From positions 186,001 through 250,000 of the forward strand of contig NIVC01000024.1 in NCBI GenBank assembly GCA_002269645.1: a stretch of 64,000 nt of DNA, read 5' to 3'. The notes under the pieces were generated by a model. That model did not search any database and was not told the DNA's origin. It was given only the letters and a program-made list of their open reading frames with translations. Each line of letters begins with the position of its first letter. Position 1 is the stretch's first letter. A program made the translations under genes and the position numbers. This document shows, piece by piece, positions 24,101-48,500 of this stretch. The stretch is from Macrostomum lignano (taxonomy: Eukaryota).

Positions 24101-24540
24101 TTAAGTGCCTGAATCTCAAGCGCCTGAATCTCAAGTTGCCTGAATCTCAAGTTGCCTGAATCTTAAGTGCCTGAATCTCAAGCGCCTGAATCTCAAGTTG
24201 CCTGAATCTTAAGTGCCTAAATCTCAAGCGCCTGAATCTCAAGTTGCCTGAATCTCAAGTTGCCTGAATCTCAAGTTACCTGAAGCTCAAGTTACCTGTA
24301 GCTTAAGTTGCCTGAATCTCAAGTTGCCTGAATCTCAAGTACCTGAATCTCAAGTTACCTGAATCTCAAGTTGCCTGAATCTCAAGTTGCTTGAATCTCA
24401 AGTGCCTGAATCTCGAGTTTCCCGAATCTCAAGTTGCCTGAATCTCAAGTTGCCTGAATCTCAAGTTGCCTGAATCTCAAGTTGCCTGAATCTCAAGTTG
24501 CCTGAATCTCAAGTTACCTGAATCTCAAGTTGCCTGAATC
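21125..24540. repeat. 15-16-bp satellite CTCAAGTTGCCTGAAT, ~3.4 kb (>200 units)
   Basis: Direct periodicity with recurring variant blocks. Confidence 0.97.
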
Positions 24541-25214
24541 TCATCCCTTCAGAATCTTCGCCTACATCCAAATGCCTAAACCACATGAGCTTGCCTCCCC
24601 CAAGCGAAAGTGAACAACAGGAAATGTCTAACTTGAGAATATTTTAGCGGGGTCTGTGACATAATGACATCACCACACAGACACCCGGCCTATTGTTGCT
24701 CTGTCAAAGTTCTCCCAGAGACACTAGGTGTACTACTTGTGTATTTCTGTTGCTGCTTTTGTCATTCAAAATTTGCAAATAGAGAAAATGGTGACGCTGA
24801 AAGAGAGACAGTGAGAGTTGGGGAGGCGGTGGTCGAGCGACAGGTTATGGCGGAAACAATGATACACGGCTTAAATTAAATTGGTGCACGCGCCGGGGAA
24901 CCCATTTATTATAATTATTAATTGTGTTAGCTTCAATAGCGCCGAGACCAGCAAGCAAAATAGTTAATAAAACGTAAATTACGAAAATCGCATATCGTAT
25001 AAATGCCGGCATTTATGTTTACTTTTTTAATCTCGTCGCGATTTGCAATCGCTCATTGGTATTATGAGTAGAAAGGTGAGAGTAAATCAATTTTTTATCA
25101 ATAAATCAAATAATGTTTATACCATGAAATGTGCAGATTGTAACGCTTTTATGGTCTGTGCGAGCTGAATTTAATAAACTCCGAAATCTCATTAAATGTA
25201 TTTATTATGGTCAA

Positions 25215-25592
25215 ATTCCAAATCCATAAATTAGGGAATCCCAAAATTCCAAATCCATAAATTGGGGAATCCCAGTATTTCATATTCATAAATTGGGGAA
25301 TGCCATAATTCCATATTCATAAATTGGGGAATGCCATAATTCCATATTCATAAATTGGGGAATGCCATAATTCCATATTCATAAATTGGGGAATCCCATA
25401 ATTCCATATTCATAAATTGGGGAATGCCATAATTCCATTTTCATAAATGGGGGAATCCAATAATTCCATATTCATAAATCGGGGAATCCCATAATTCCAT
25501 ATTCATAAATTGGGGAATGCCATAATTCCATATTCATAAATTGGGGAATCCCAAAATTTCATATTCATAAATTGGGGAATCCCATAATTCCA
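25215..25592. repeat. 31-bp minisatellite ATTCCATATTCATAAATTGGGGAATGCCATA
   Basis: Direct periodicity, ~12 units. Confidence 0.93.
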
Positions 25593-26002
25593 TAATAAAC
25601 TGTTACAATACCATAAAATGAACGCACCCGAACAGTTCCAGATTGCAATAAACTGGATACAGTGCTCCGCACACAGAAGCAAAGAGTTAAAAGCAAAGAT
25701 CGGTAACGCAAAGCAGTAGTATCGATGGGTCAGGGTGCTCTGAATAACGCAGCGGCAAGCTAAAAATTTAGTTTACAGCAAAACAAATGAGAAATATAAT
25801 AGTGGGAGTAAAACAGATAAACAAAAAATGCCCATTGTCAAGCGACAAAGACCCAGCGCAGCTTTGTTGCCGAATGGCATGGGCGTTTAGTTACGATAAA
25901 AATATGCGGTGTAACTACATGTACAGGCAATTTTTGTACACAACACAAAACAAAAGCAGATTGCAAGGTTGATGAATTATGAAGCATATTTGACAATATT
26001 TC

Positions 26003-35706
<9,704 letters not shown>

Positions 35707-35749
35707 GCTCGAATATCTTACTTGTCCTTGGAAGTTAACTGTCACGAAT

Positions 35750-36800
35750 GATGGTAACCAACTGCTCGAATGAGAGTGGGAAAGTGATAATGAAGATGAC
35801 GGTGGCAGGCCTAAGCCTTTATAAAAAATGGTCGCCGTACTACAAAGTTGGCATGGAAGTTCTCCGACTCCGATGTGATGACACCGTATTGAATCGATGA
35901 TAGTTGGCGACCTCTAGCGGAGAAGCTGATGCCTGGCCGGCTGGACAGCGTTTCCAGGGTTCTACCGGCTATCCAGGGCTCCGGATGAGACAATACAATC
36001 AACTCGTCTTCTCTAGTCGCTTCTCTTCCTCTCCTAGATCGTTGCCCGTTTGGGAAGGCCAAGAGGAGAAAGCACAGTAAGGTTTTCTTAGTTAGACGGT
36101 CGGAATTTCCGATCTATAAACCATTGCACCGTAAAGTTGGCTAGCGTTGGCTAAATATGAGAGCAGAGCAGACCAGACACGAGAGGAGAGAGAGAGGGCC
36201 TTTTGGACTGGAAAGGCCACAGCCATAGCACATTTCCACGCAAGCAATGCGCCCACCCCAGCGCCAAAATTTTATCGGGCTGGGGGGGCTGGAAAGAGAG
36301 AGAGTCTTGAGGGTTAGAAAGGCCTCGGTTGGAAAAGGGTGGAAGAGTAAATGACTAAGGCTTTAGTGGCGCATGCCCCTGGACGGCGGTCGGGCGACGG
36401 GTTTGAGGGGGGTTGGTTTGGTTTGGGCTTCCCCCGCAGTCACGTGACCAGTTGCCGCATTCTCATTGGCTAACATCGGACGTTGACGCGCGTATATGCA
36501 TGCGTGGTAAGGACTTGGCGTTTCCACTCGCTACGCGCGTGAAAGGGGTAGAGAAAGAGCAAAGAAAGGCATCCCCGTCCCCCGTGCCGTCTGCCAACGT
36601 CACCAGTCGTTTTTGCCTTCCCTGTCCACTCCAGTCCCGACTCCCAGGTCGCTTCGCAATTGATTCAAATCAAGTAGACGGGGGCGGGCGCGCCCGTCCC
36701 GTTCCGGTACTATTCCTCTCTATCTGGTAATCATGGGATTGCAGACTGGCAGTCGCAAATTGTACTGCAATGGATGACGGTGTGGTGTGTCGGCCTGTCG
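35750..36800 (-). promoter_or_regulatory. CpG-rich putative NLK promoter with E-box GTCACGTGAC (36439-36448), CCAAT and GC boxes
   Basis: Motifs read directly; promoter role inferred from position upstream of NLK exon 1. Confidence 0.45.
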
Positions 36801-37879
36801 GGTTAAGGAAATTTTCGGGACTAGAAAGAACGTAAAAGAGAAAGAAAACTGAAGCAGAGTTCAGTCCAATAATTACTTTGCCATTGGAGCGACCGTGAGA
36901 GAGAAGTAGAGAACATGTAGGCTAAAAGCTAACTATGGATGGGGTCAGGCCAGGGTTACCTTCATCTATATGTCATGTATGAGCTACTACTAGCATTATT
37001 TATTAGCGTAATAAAATTCATGCATGTGACCATGCATTTTCTAGCCCTATACGTTCCGTTCCTTTCAGATTCCAGATTTCCAACAAACTGTAGCATGTAG
37101 CTAAACATTCTGCAGTTAATACAGTACTAATACGAATCATATGATATTTTTCTTGCCCATCTGTGTCCGATGTACATGTACGTGTATAATTAATTGTACA
37201 TGTATTCGATACAGAAAAGACAACGGTCAAGAAGACGGGTAAGAATTAAGAAAAAGCCACTAGGAATTCCTGTTGTTCAACATATAAAGCGGATTTAGCG
37301 AAGGAAATTCTAGACTTCCGGAATCTGGGACAGTGCAACAGGGTTCCATCCAGTTCCAGGACTTCGTTAATTCCCCCAAGCAGGCACCACAGTAGAAGTG
37401 GGAAGCAAAAGCAATCCTGCGGATTTTTTTGAGGGTCTTCGCGGGGGATTTTCCCAAGTTGTATAGATCAGTAGCTTCAAGAATCTTCTATAACTGCCTC
37501 TATATCCATTCATTCATCACGACCTTCAGCTGCACACAACAATATTGAAAACAAAGAAAGAGCAATTGAAACTGGAACTGTCTGACCTGAAATCAGGCCA
37601 AGAAGTAACTGAATGTGAGAGAGCATTAGCCGCAGACTATAATTGGCGAATTACTGTGTATAGTTACTCGCATACATGTATACAGTAGGCGAACGTCTGA
37701 AGGACAAGAGAGCGCAGTTAGAGCAGTACTGCATTAACCGAAATTCAGTTATTTATTGCTTCAACTGACAACTGGGTGTACAGTAGGCATTTTTTATTGC
37801 GGATGGTTGCCAACTATGAAATAATACGTATACTAATAGTCTAAAACATGTAAATGTGAAGCCAGGGTGTCTGAATAGG

Positions 37880-38672
37880 TGATGGTGTCAGGATGTTTAG
37901 ATGGGTGTCAGGGTGTTTAGATGGGTGTCAGGGTGTTTAGATGGGTGTCAGGGTGTTTAGATGGGTGTAAGGGTGTTTGGATGGGTGTCAGGGTGTTTAG
38001 ATGGGTGTCAGGGTGTTTAGATGGGTGTCAGGGTGTTCGGGTGGGTTTCAGGATGTTTAGATGGGTGTCAGGGTGTTTAGATGGGTGTAAGGGTGTTTAG
38101 ATCGGTGTAATGGTGTTTAGATGGGTGTCAGGGTGTTTAGATGGGTGTCGGGGTGTTTGGATGGGTTTCAGGATGTTTAGATGGGTGTCAGGGTGTTTAG
38201 ATGGGTGTCAGGGTGTTTAGATGGGTGTAAGGGTGTTTAGATCGGTGTAATGGTGTTTAGATGGGTGTAAGGGTGTTTGGATGGGTGTCAGGGTGTTTGG
38301 ATGGGTTTCAGGATGTTTAGATGGGTGTCAGGATGTTTAGATGGGTGTCGGGGTGTTTAGATGGGTGTCAGGGGGTTTAGATGGGTGTCAGGGTGTCTAG
38401 ATGGGTGTCAGGGTATCTGGATGGGGTGTCAGAGTGTCTGGATGGGTGTCAGGGTATCTGGATGGGTGTCAGGGTGTCTGGATGGGTGTCAGGGTATCTG
38501 GATGGGGTGTCAGAGTGTCTGGATGGGTGTCAGGGTATCTGGATGGGTGTCAGGGTGTCTGGATGGGTGTCAGGGTGTTTAGATGGGTGTCAGGGTGTTT
38601 AGATGGGTGTCAGGGTGTTTAGATGGGTGTCAGGGTGTCTAGATGGGTGTCAGGGTGTCTGGATGGGTGTCA
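37880..38672. repeat. 20-bp minisatellite GATGGGTGTCAGGGTGTTTA
   Basis: Direct periodicity. Confidence 0.95.
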
Positions 38673-39312
38673 ATGTGCAAATAAGGGGTGTCATGCGCCC
38701 AACGCCACAATTCTCAATATGTACAATGTAAGAGCTAAGCGAAGCATTACATTCTTAATTATCTACACATTGATAGCTATAAAAATTCTGATTGCAATTA
38801 GACGGAAGGGCTGAAATTAAAAGTACATTCCGAATTCCGAAATAATTAGTAAGCCAGCTGTTTCCCTTGACTAACTGTGCACTATTAAGGCATTCGGTAC
38901 GATTTGGGCGCCAACTGGCATTTCAACGGGTAAAAAAATGACTAGCCGACAGCACCGGAAAAACTGCTGACACAATTCTAACCCCACCCTAATACTTTGC
39001 ATGAAATGCTGTGTAATACACACATGTGCAATTGCAATCTAAGGAATTTCGTACCGCACACATTTCCCTAACCTGCACTATTTAGTTTTATTTCCCCAGT
39101 TTTGAGTGTTTGGGTAAGGGAGTGTGGTGACGACGGCGCTAACACAAGGAGTTCATGATTTATATGCTACTGCTACTCTAGAAAATCGGATTCTTTTCAA
39201 TCTGTTCAAACTAGCTCATATTAAAGTTGTTTAAAGCAAATGCCTCGTAAACAAAGAAAGACTGAACCTATGCGTGTATATATATAACCAACTCAAGCGC
39301 CACCTTTCCGAG

Positions 39313-39385
39313 GTCCAAGTGGCCTAATGGATAAGGCGTCGGTTTCCGGAGCCGAAGATTGTGGGTTCGAGTCCCATCTTGGACA
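39313..39385 (+). tRNA. tRNA-Arg (anticodon CCG)
   Basis: 73-nt cloverleaf: acceptor stem GTCCAAG/CTTGGAC, D-arm TGGCCTAATGGATAAGGCG, anticodon loop TT-CCG-GA, T-loop GGTTCGAGTCCC. Confidence 0.95.
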
Positions 39386-39387
39386 TG

Positions 39388-39392
39388 TTTTT
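39388..39392 (+). terminator. Pol III terminator (T5) after tRNA-Arg
   Basis: TTTTT begins 3 nt after the discriminator base. Confidence 0.7.
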
Positions 39393-40054
39393 GCTTTCTC
39401 GCAGTAAAACGGTTCACAATTAAGATATTTCTTCGTTATATTATAAAGTTCATAGGCGCTTTTAATTATTTTTTACCTGATGAAAAGCAGTCGAAAATTC
39501 ATTTACTAGACGTATTTGTATTATCGTATTATTATTTTAAATCATGTATTCTGTAGTTTTGTGTTTTTCGATACATATCGGCAAAACCAAGAATAACCTA
39601 ATTTACATCCGCAGCGCAGTGACTTAATTTTTGTAACAAAATCACATAAAATTAGCAGTCAGTTACCCGTAGGAACGCTTTTCAATCAACTGAACTCGCG
39701 AAATAAGCTGTATTGAATATTTCAAACCATAATCCAGATGTTGTGGTCGGCGTTTGTGTATTTTGTTACTTTGCATTCAAACAAAATTTACTATTTACAC
39801 AACAATATTAGTTAAATTAAACAAACGGATTTGGACAATAACTTTCAGCGCATAGTCATTAATTACAAACACACTGCCATTTTTTAATATTCTCAGAAGT
39901 GCCCCCTGAAGTTAGATAATTTTAATAATTAAATAAAGCCATTGACAATAAATAATAAAACAGACTAATTAACAAGATAATTACACGAAAATATTAATTG
40001 CGAACTGCAATTAATTATTATTTTATTTCCACGGTGTGGCATTTAGGGCGATTC

Positions 40055-42120
40055 ATACTGACAGACGACGGCGATTCTCACTGACAGTCAAGGGCGATTC
40101 TTACAGACAGTCAAGGGCGATTCTTACAGACAGTCAACGGCGATTCTTACAGACAGTCAACGGCGATTCTTACAGACAGTTCAAGGCGATTCTTACAGAC
40201 AGTTCAAAGGCGATTCTTACAGACAGTCAAGGGCGATTCTTACAGACAGTTCAAGGGCGATTCTTACTGACAGTCAAGGGCGATTCTTACAGACAGTCAA
40301 GGGCGATTCTTACAGACAGTCAAGGGCGATTCTTACATACAGTCAACGGCGATTCTTACAGACAGTTCAAGGGCGATTCTTACAGACAGTCAACGGCGAT
40401 TCTTACAGACAGTCAACGGCGATTCTTACAGACAGTTCAAGGCGATTCTTACAGACAGTTCAAGGGCGATTCTTACAGACAGTCAAGGGCGATTCTTACA
40501 GACAGTCAACGGCGATTCTTACAGACAGTTCAAGGCGATTCTTACAGACAGTTCAAGGCGATTCTTACAGACAGTTCAAGGGCGATTCTTACAGACAGTT
40601 CAAGGGCGATTCTTACAGACAGTTCAAGGCGATTCTTACAGACAGTTCAAGGCGATTCTTACAGACAGTTCAAGGCGATTCTTACAGACAGTTCAAGGGC
40701 GATTCTTACAGACAGTTCAAGGGCGATTCTTACAGACAGTTCAAGGCGATTCTTACAGACAGTTCAAGGCGATTCTTACAGACAGTTCAAGGCGATTCTT
40801 ACAGACAGTTCAAGGGCGATTCTTACAGACAGTTCAAGGGCGATTCTTACAGACAGTCAACGGCGATTCTTACAGACAGACAGTCAAGGGCGATTCTTAC
40901 AGACAGTCAAGGGCGATTCTTACAGACAGTCAAGGGCGATTCTTACAGACAGTTCAAGGCGATTCTTACAGACAGTTCAAGGGCGATTCTTACAGACAGT
41001 TCAAGGGCGATTCTTACAGACAGTCAAGGGCGATTCTTACAGACAGTTTAAGGCGATTCTTACAGACAGTTTAAGGCGATTCTTACAGACAGACAGTCAA
41101 GGGCGATTCTTACAGACAGTCAAGGGCGATTCTTACAGACAGACAGTTCAAGGGCGATTCTTACAGACAGTCAAGGGCGATTCTTACAGACAGTTCAAGG
41201 GCGATTCTTACAGACAGTTAAGGGCGATTCTAACAGACAGTTCAAGGGCGATTCTTACAGACAGTCAAGGGCGATTCTTACAGACAGTTCAAGGGCGATT
41301 CTTACAGACAGTCAAGGGCGATTCTTACAGACAGTCAAGGGCGATTCTTACAGACAGTCAAGGGCGATTCTTACAGACAGTTCAAGGGCGATTCTTACAG
41401 ACAGTCAAGGGCGATTCTTACAGACAGTCAAGGGCGATTCTTACAGACAGTCAAGGGCGATTCTTACAGACAGTTCAAGGGCGATTCTTACAGACAGTCA
41501 AGGGCGATTCTTACAGACAGTCAAGGGCGATTCTTACAGACAGTCAAGGGCGATTCTTACAGACAGTCAAGGGCGATTCTTACAGTCAAGGGCGATTCTT
41601 ACAAACAGTCAAGGACGATTCTTACAGACAGTCAAGGGGGATTCTTACAGACAGTCAAGGACGATTCTTACAGACAGTTCAAGGGCGATTCTTACAGACA
41701 GACAACTCAAGGGCGACTCTTACAGACAGTTCAAGGGCGATTCTACAGACAGACAGTCAAGGGCGATTCTTACAGACAGTTCAAGGGCGATTCTTACAGA
41801 CAGTCAAGGGCGATTCTTACAGACAGTCAAGGGCGATTCTTACAGACAGTCAAGGGCGATTCTTACAGACAGTCAGGGGCGATTCTTACAGACAGTCAAG
41901 GGCGATTCTTACAAACAGTCAAGGGCGATTCTTACAGACAGTCAAGGGGGATTCTTACAGACAGTCAAGGACGATTCTTACAGACAGTTCAAGGGCGATT
42001 CTTACAGACAGACAACTCAAGGGCGACTCTTACAGACAGTTCAAGGGCGATTCTTACAGACAGACAGTCAAGGGCGATTCTACAGACAGACAGTCAAGGG
42101 CGATTCTTACAGACAGTTCA
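40055..42120. repeat. 21-23-bp minisatellite AAGGGCGATTCTTACAGACAGTC
   Basis: Direct periodicity. Confidence 0.96.
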
Positions 42121-42354
42121 CATTGAAAAGTGCCGAAAAATGCATAGAAAGAGAACAAAACATTGAAACACAGGAACATCTAAAAAGAACGGACTAATTA
42201 ATCCTAATTTATTCATTTTGTTTAATTAAAGTTTCGACAGCATGATACAAAGTGCAATGTGTATTAAAATTAACTCGAACAGCTAAACAGACGAGTAAAT
42301 TTATCCTAAGCTCAAACTGTATTGTTAAGGCGAGGCTAGGGATGTATAATTGAA

Positions 42355-43560
42355 GGCCAATTCTTAGGATAATTAATGGCCGATTCTTGGAACTATTGAA
42401 GGCCGATTCTTGGGATAATTGAAGGCCGATTCTTAGGATAATTGAAGGCCGATTCTTAGGATAATTGAAGGCCGATTCTTAGGATAATTGAAGACCGATT
42501 CTTAGGATAATTGAAGGCCGATTCTTAGGATAATTGAAGGTCGATTGTTGGGATAATTGAAGGCCGATTCTTGGGATAATTGAAGGCCGATTCTTAGGAT
42601 AATTGAAGGCCGATTATTGGGATAATTGAAGGTCGATTGTTGGGATAATTGAAGGCCGATTCTTGGGATAATTGAAGGCCGATTCTTAGGATAATTGAAG
42701 GCCGATTATTGGGATAATTGAAGGCCGATTCTTAGGATAATTGAAGGCCGATTCTTAGGATAATTGAAGGTCGATTGTTGGGATAATTGAAGGCCGATTC
42801 TTGGGATAATTGAAGGCCGATTCTTAGGATAATTGAAGGCCGATTCTTAGGATAATTGAAGGCCGATTCTTAGGATAATTGAAGGCCGATTCTTAGGATA
42901 ATTGAAGGCCGATTCTTAGGATAATTGAAGGCCGATTCTTAGGATAATTGAAGGCCGATTCTTAGAATAATTGAAGACCGATTCTTAGGATAATTGAAGG
43001 CCGATTCTTAGGATAATTGAAGGCCGTTTCTTAGGATAATTGAAGGCCGATTCTTGGAACTATTGAAGGCCGATTCTTGGGATAATTGAAGGCCGATTCT
43101 TAGGATAATTGAAGGCCGATTCTTAGGATAATTGAAGACCGATTTTTAGGATAATTGAAGGCCGATTCTTAGGATAATTGAAGGCCGATTTTTAGGATAA
43201 ATGAAGGCCGATTCTTAGGATAATTGAAGGTCGATTCTTGGGGATAAACGAAGGCCGATTCTTGTGATATTTGAAGGCCGATTCTTGGAATTATTGAAGA
43301 CCGATTTTTAGGATAATTGAAGGCCGATTCTTAGGATAATTGAAGGCCGATCTTAGGATAATTGAAGGTCGATTTTTGGGGATAAACGAAGGCCGATTCT
43401 TGTGATATTTGAAGGCCGATTCTTGGAATTATTGAAGGCCAATTCTACGAATAAATGAAGGCCAATTATTGGGATAATTGAAGGACAATTTTCGGAATAA
43501 ATGAAGGCCACTACTTGGGATAAATGAATGGCGAGTTTAGGGATATTTAAAGGCCGATCT
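42355..43560. repeat. 23-bp minisatellite GAAGGCCGATTCTTAGGATAATT
   Basis: Direct periodicity. Confidence 0.96.
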
Positions 43561-43732
43561 CCCGTCTATTAGAAGTGCATTTCTCACAAAAAGTAGGAAC
43601 AGAATATTAAAGCAAATGTTTAGTTCGATTCAATACAGACAGTCAATAGAATGAAAATAACACAAGATGCAGATACGAGCGAACAAGTAAATAAACGCAG
43701 CACCTGGTCAGCACAGACACTCATCGCAAAGG

Positions 43733-45479
43733 TTATTTCCCTCTGCCGCCACGCCGGCCGTCACTAGTCGACGCGGCGCTCCAAGCGTCGGTGGCCTCGG
43801 AGCTGGCTGCCATACGGTCCTCCTCGCGGATCGCGTCCTCAACCCGAGACACCGCTTTTAATAGTCTAGCAATGCTCTCAGCTTCTTCGTGGCTTTTCTG
43901 CCGCTCCTCCTGATTGCCGGCCGACGCGGCCAGGGTGAGGAAGGACAAGAATTTGGTTACGCAGCTGAGCACGGGCACGAATGACGGCTGCGGCTTCAGT
44001 CGGGTGCGGATCAGCGCGGCCAGGCGGATGTCCCGCTGGGCCAGGCAGCACAGCAGGAGGCCTGCGTAGGCGGCAACCACCGAGTCCTCCATGTGCTCGC
44101 CTGCTCGGCTGAGCGCGCTGTGAAATGCGTCGCCTCCCTGCTGCATGCGGCGGCTGGCTGCGGCTCCGCCAGCGCCGACGCGACGATCGAACGGCGACGG
44201 ATGGCCGCCGAATTCCAAGTCACCGCCTACGGACCTGGCAATGGCGGTAGAGAGAGGTAGCAGTTAGGTGGGAGATTGTGTGTCTGTCCGGCTGTTTGTG
44301 TGCCTGTCAGGCTGTTTGTGTGCCTGTCCGGCCGTTTGTGTGCCTGTTAGGCTGTTTGTGTGCCTGTCAGGCTGTTTGTGTGTCTGTCCGGCTGTTTGTG
44401 TGCCTGTCAGGCTGTTTGTGTGCCTGTCCGGCCGTTTGTGTGCCTGTCTGACTGTCTGTATGTGCCTGTTACGACTGTCTGTATATGCCTGTCAAATTGT
44501 CTGTATGTGCCTGTCAGTGTCTGTAGGTGTCTGCATTGTTGTTGTAAACACATAAGTAATACTATTACTAATATGCAATACTATCAATAATACGAATGCG
44601 CTACACACCTGCTGCTAGTCTCATCCTCGTCTCCATTCCCCTCAGTGCGACCATCAGGTCCGCCGCTGCCGCTGCCCCCGCCGGCGCCGCTGCCGTCGGG
44701 CAGATGCTCCTCAAGTTCGTGAGAGCAGGCGCGCAAGAACCGGACATTGAACAGCTCGGCCAGCCGATCAATTAGGCCGGGCAATCGGGATACTCGGCGT
44801 TGATTTTCGTCCGAATGCTCGGCCAGGTTAATTAGCACGCCCAGCGACAGCAGGGTGAGATCGAACTTGGTGTTGTCGGCTGGAGCGGCGGCAGTCCCAG
44901 TCGATGCCGATGCGGACGTCGAAGCCGGGGACTCGGCGCCGTCGTCTTCGCCGCAGTCGAGCGCCAGATTGGCGATGGTCTCAAGCAGGTCGGCGCCGCC
45001 AGAGCCAGTAGAGAGGAGCTCGGCAGCACGGGCATTGTCGTGGCTCAGATTGATCAGCAGCTGAAGGCCGGACAGAAGGCAGGCGGCGGCAGTTGGGGCT
45101 GCGGTTCTGTTGGCAGAGCAGAGGCGCATCAGGCGGAGCAGCAGCGGCTGGCAGGGGGCCACCAGGTGCTGCTGGTTGTCTGGGCACCTGCGGGAGAGAG
45201 AGAGGCGATCTGTGTAAGAGTGGGTGGAAGCTGCGCTCGAGAATAGGATTGGGGATGCCGAGCCTAGCAGGTTAGAGACGGCTATTAAAAGACAAGCAGA
45301 TAAACAGATCCTTTGGCACAGGATACAGGACACAGACGGGTGGGAAGAGGGCAGGCACAAGGCAGAGGCAGAGATGCATGCGGAAAACCGGCACAGGCAA
45401 GAAGAGGACAGACACAGACAAAGCAAACACAGAGTACACAAACAGATGAGGATGGAAGACAGACAGGCAGAGTATAAAA

Positions 45480-45536
<57 letters not shown>

Positions 45537-48500
45537 GGACACGGACAGGCACAGGACACAGACGACAGACAGACAGAGGACAACACAGACAGACAGACAG
45601 AGGACAACACAGACAGACAGAGGACAACACAGACAGACAGACAGAGGACAACACAGACAGACAGACAGAGGACAACACAGACAGACAGAGGACAACACAG
45701 ACAGACAGAGGACAACACAGACAGACAGACAGAGGACAACACAGACAGACAGACAGAGGACAACACAGACAGACAGAGGACAACACAGACAGACAGACAG
45801 AGGACAACACAGACAGACAGACAGAGGACAACACAGACAGACAGAGGACAACACAGACAGACAGACAGAGGACAACACAGACAGACAGACAGAGGACAAC
45901 ACAGACAGACAGAGGACAACACAGACAGACAGAGGACAACACAGACAGACAGACAGAGGACAACACAGACAGACAGAGGACAACACAGACAGACAGACAG
46001 AGGACAACACAGACAGACAGAGGACAACACAGACAGACAGAGGACAACACAGACAGACAGAGGACAACACAGACAGACAGAGGACAACACAGACAGAAAG
46101 ACAGAGGACAACACAGACAGACAGACAGAGGACAACACAGACAGACAGAGGACAACACAGACAGACAGAGGACAACACAGACAGACAGAGGACAACACAG
46201 ACAGACAGAGGACAACACAGACAGAAAGACAGAGGACAACACAGACAGACAGACAGGACAACACAGACAGACAGAGGACAACACAGACAGACAGAGGACA
46301 ACACAGACAGACAGAGGACAACACAGACAGACAGAGGACAACACAGACAGACAGATAGAGGACAACACAGACAGACAGACAGAGGACAACACAGACAGAC
46401 AGACAGAGGACAACACAGACAGACAGAGGACAACAAAGACAGACAGAGGACAACACAGACAGACAGAGGACAACACAGACAGACAGACAGAGGACAACAC
46501 AGACAGACAGAGGACAACACAGACAGACAGACAGAGGACAACACAGACAGACAGAGGACAACACAGACAGACAGAGGACAACACAGACAGACAGAGGACA
46601 ACACAGACAGACAGAGGACAACACAGACAGACAGAGGAAAACACAGACACACAGAGGAAAACACAGACAGACACAGAAACAGAGGACAAAAAGACAAGCA
46701 GAGGACACAGCCGAGCAAATGACAGAAAAGACATAAAACAGCAGTCTCACTTGTAGCTCATATTCTCCAGCAAGCTGAGAAACTCCCTAGCCCTAGCGAG
46801 CCTGGCCAGCATAAACTCGTTAAGCTGTTGCGGCCCCAGATCGTCGCCAAAATAGTCCAAATCGTCGCGCAAGGCCTCCAAGGCGTGGTCGAGGCCCCGC
46901 TGAAGCCGGATGGCCTCCTTGAACCAGGGCGAGGCCCGGCGAATGCCCAGACTGAGCAGGGCGGCCATGGCCAGGCGCCTGGCGCTGGTCAGCAGTTCCG
47001 GTGGCGCGTCCGGGAACAGATTTCGAAGTCGCTGCCTGAGCCTGTCCGCCTGCTGTGGCCGGATGTCCGGCGTGTCCAGCAGTCTGAGCAGCAGGCCAAG
47101 GCCGGCTTTGTCCAGCAGCAGGGTGGCCCGATCGCGAGACAGCGCGTAGAACAGGGCAGCCGTGCCCAGAGACAGCTGCGGGTCGCAGCCCGGCTGCGGA
47201 GCTGCGGGATGGAGCGGCGAGTGGAGTGCCTGTCAGACTGTCTGTAGGTGCCTGTCAGACTGTCTGTAGGTGCCTGTCAGACTACTGTATGTGCCTGTCA
47301 GACTGCTTGTATGTGCCTGTCAGACTGTCTGTAGGTGCCTGTCAGACTGTCTGCATGTGCCTGTAAGACTGTCAGCATGTGCCTGTCAGACTGTCTGCAT
47401 GTGCCTGTCAGACTGTCTGTATGTGCCTGTCAGACTGTCTGTATGTGCCTGTCAGACTGTCTGTATGTGCCTGTCAGACTGCCTGTATGTGCCTGTCAGA
47501 CTGTCTGTATGTGCCTGTCAGACTGTCTGTATGTGCCTGTCAGACTGTCTGTATGTGCCTGTCAGACTGTCTGTATGTGCCTGTCAGACTGTCTGTATGT
47601 GCCTGTCAGACTGCCTGCATGTGCCTGTCAGACTGCCTGTATGTGCCTGTCAGACTGCCTGTATGTGCCTGTCAGACTGTCTGTATGTGCCTGTCAGACT
47701 GCCTGTATGTGCCTGTCAGACTGTCTGTATGTGCCTGTCAGACTGTCTGTAGGTGCCTGTCAGACTGTCTGTATGTGCCTGTCAGACTGTCTGTATGTGC
47801 CTGTCAGACTGTCTGTAGGTGCCTGTCAGACTGTCTGTAGGTGCCTGTCAGACTGCCTGCATGTGCCTGTCAGATTATCTCTATGAGTCCTTCCGTCTGC
47901 TCTAGAGCATCTGTCAGTCCGTGCTAGCATCAGGTCCAATCCCTGTCCCTCACCGTCGTCCTCAGTAGCGCCCAGCAATCGGAACAAGCTCGGGTGCAGC
48001 CGGTGCGCCTTCAAATGCAAGCGGAACTCCTGGCAGCCGACGCACTGCTCAACGCACTGCATCAGCGACAACAGCCTGGTGGCCTGCGGCTCTCCCGGTC
48101 TCAGGCCGTCCATCAGATAGCGGACATCGTCTGCGAAGCTCTGCTGTTCGCCTTGCTCGGCCACTTCCGCGGCCGCTTTCACGTGTCGAACTCGAACTGA
48201 AGCCGCCGTTGATGTCGCCGAAGCTGACGACGAGGAGGCCGCCAAAATCGTTGAAGAAGGCGCCGTCTGCGTGCGCCGAAAAAGAGGCGGGGGCGGCGCC
48301 ACCGGCGCTACAAACAGGCCATCGTCTGAGTCTGGGCGAGGCTGTCGACTTGGCGGCGGCGGTGGCTGAGGAGCGACGAACTCGGAGGAGGACGAAGAAC
48401 CGGCCGAGGTCGCGGTGTTCCAAGGCCGATGATTGTAGCTGGCCAAGTAGCGCTGCTTCATGGAGCCTGTGCTGCCCTTCTTCTGCCGCGGGCAGTTGGT

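Noticed and set aside
21125-24540. Regular short repeats that might suggest CRISPR arrays
   Set aside because: Units are head-to-tail with no unique spacers, there are no cas genes, and the context is eukaryotic with spliced genes.
37260-37457. 65-aa minus-strand ORF upstream of NLK
   Set aside because: It starts at TTG, has no recognisable motif and has no convincing splice partners.
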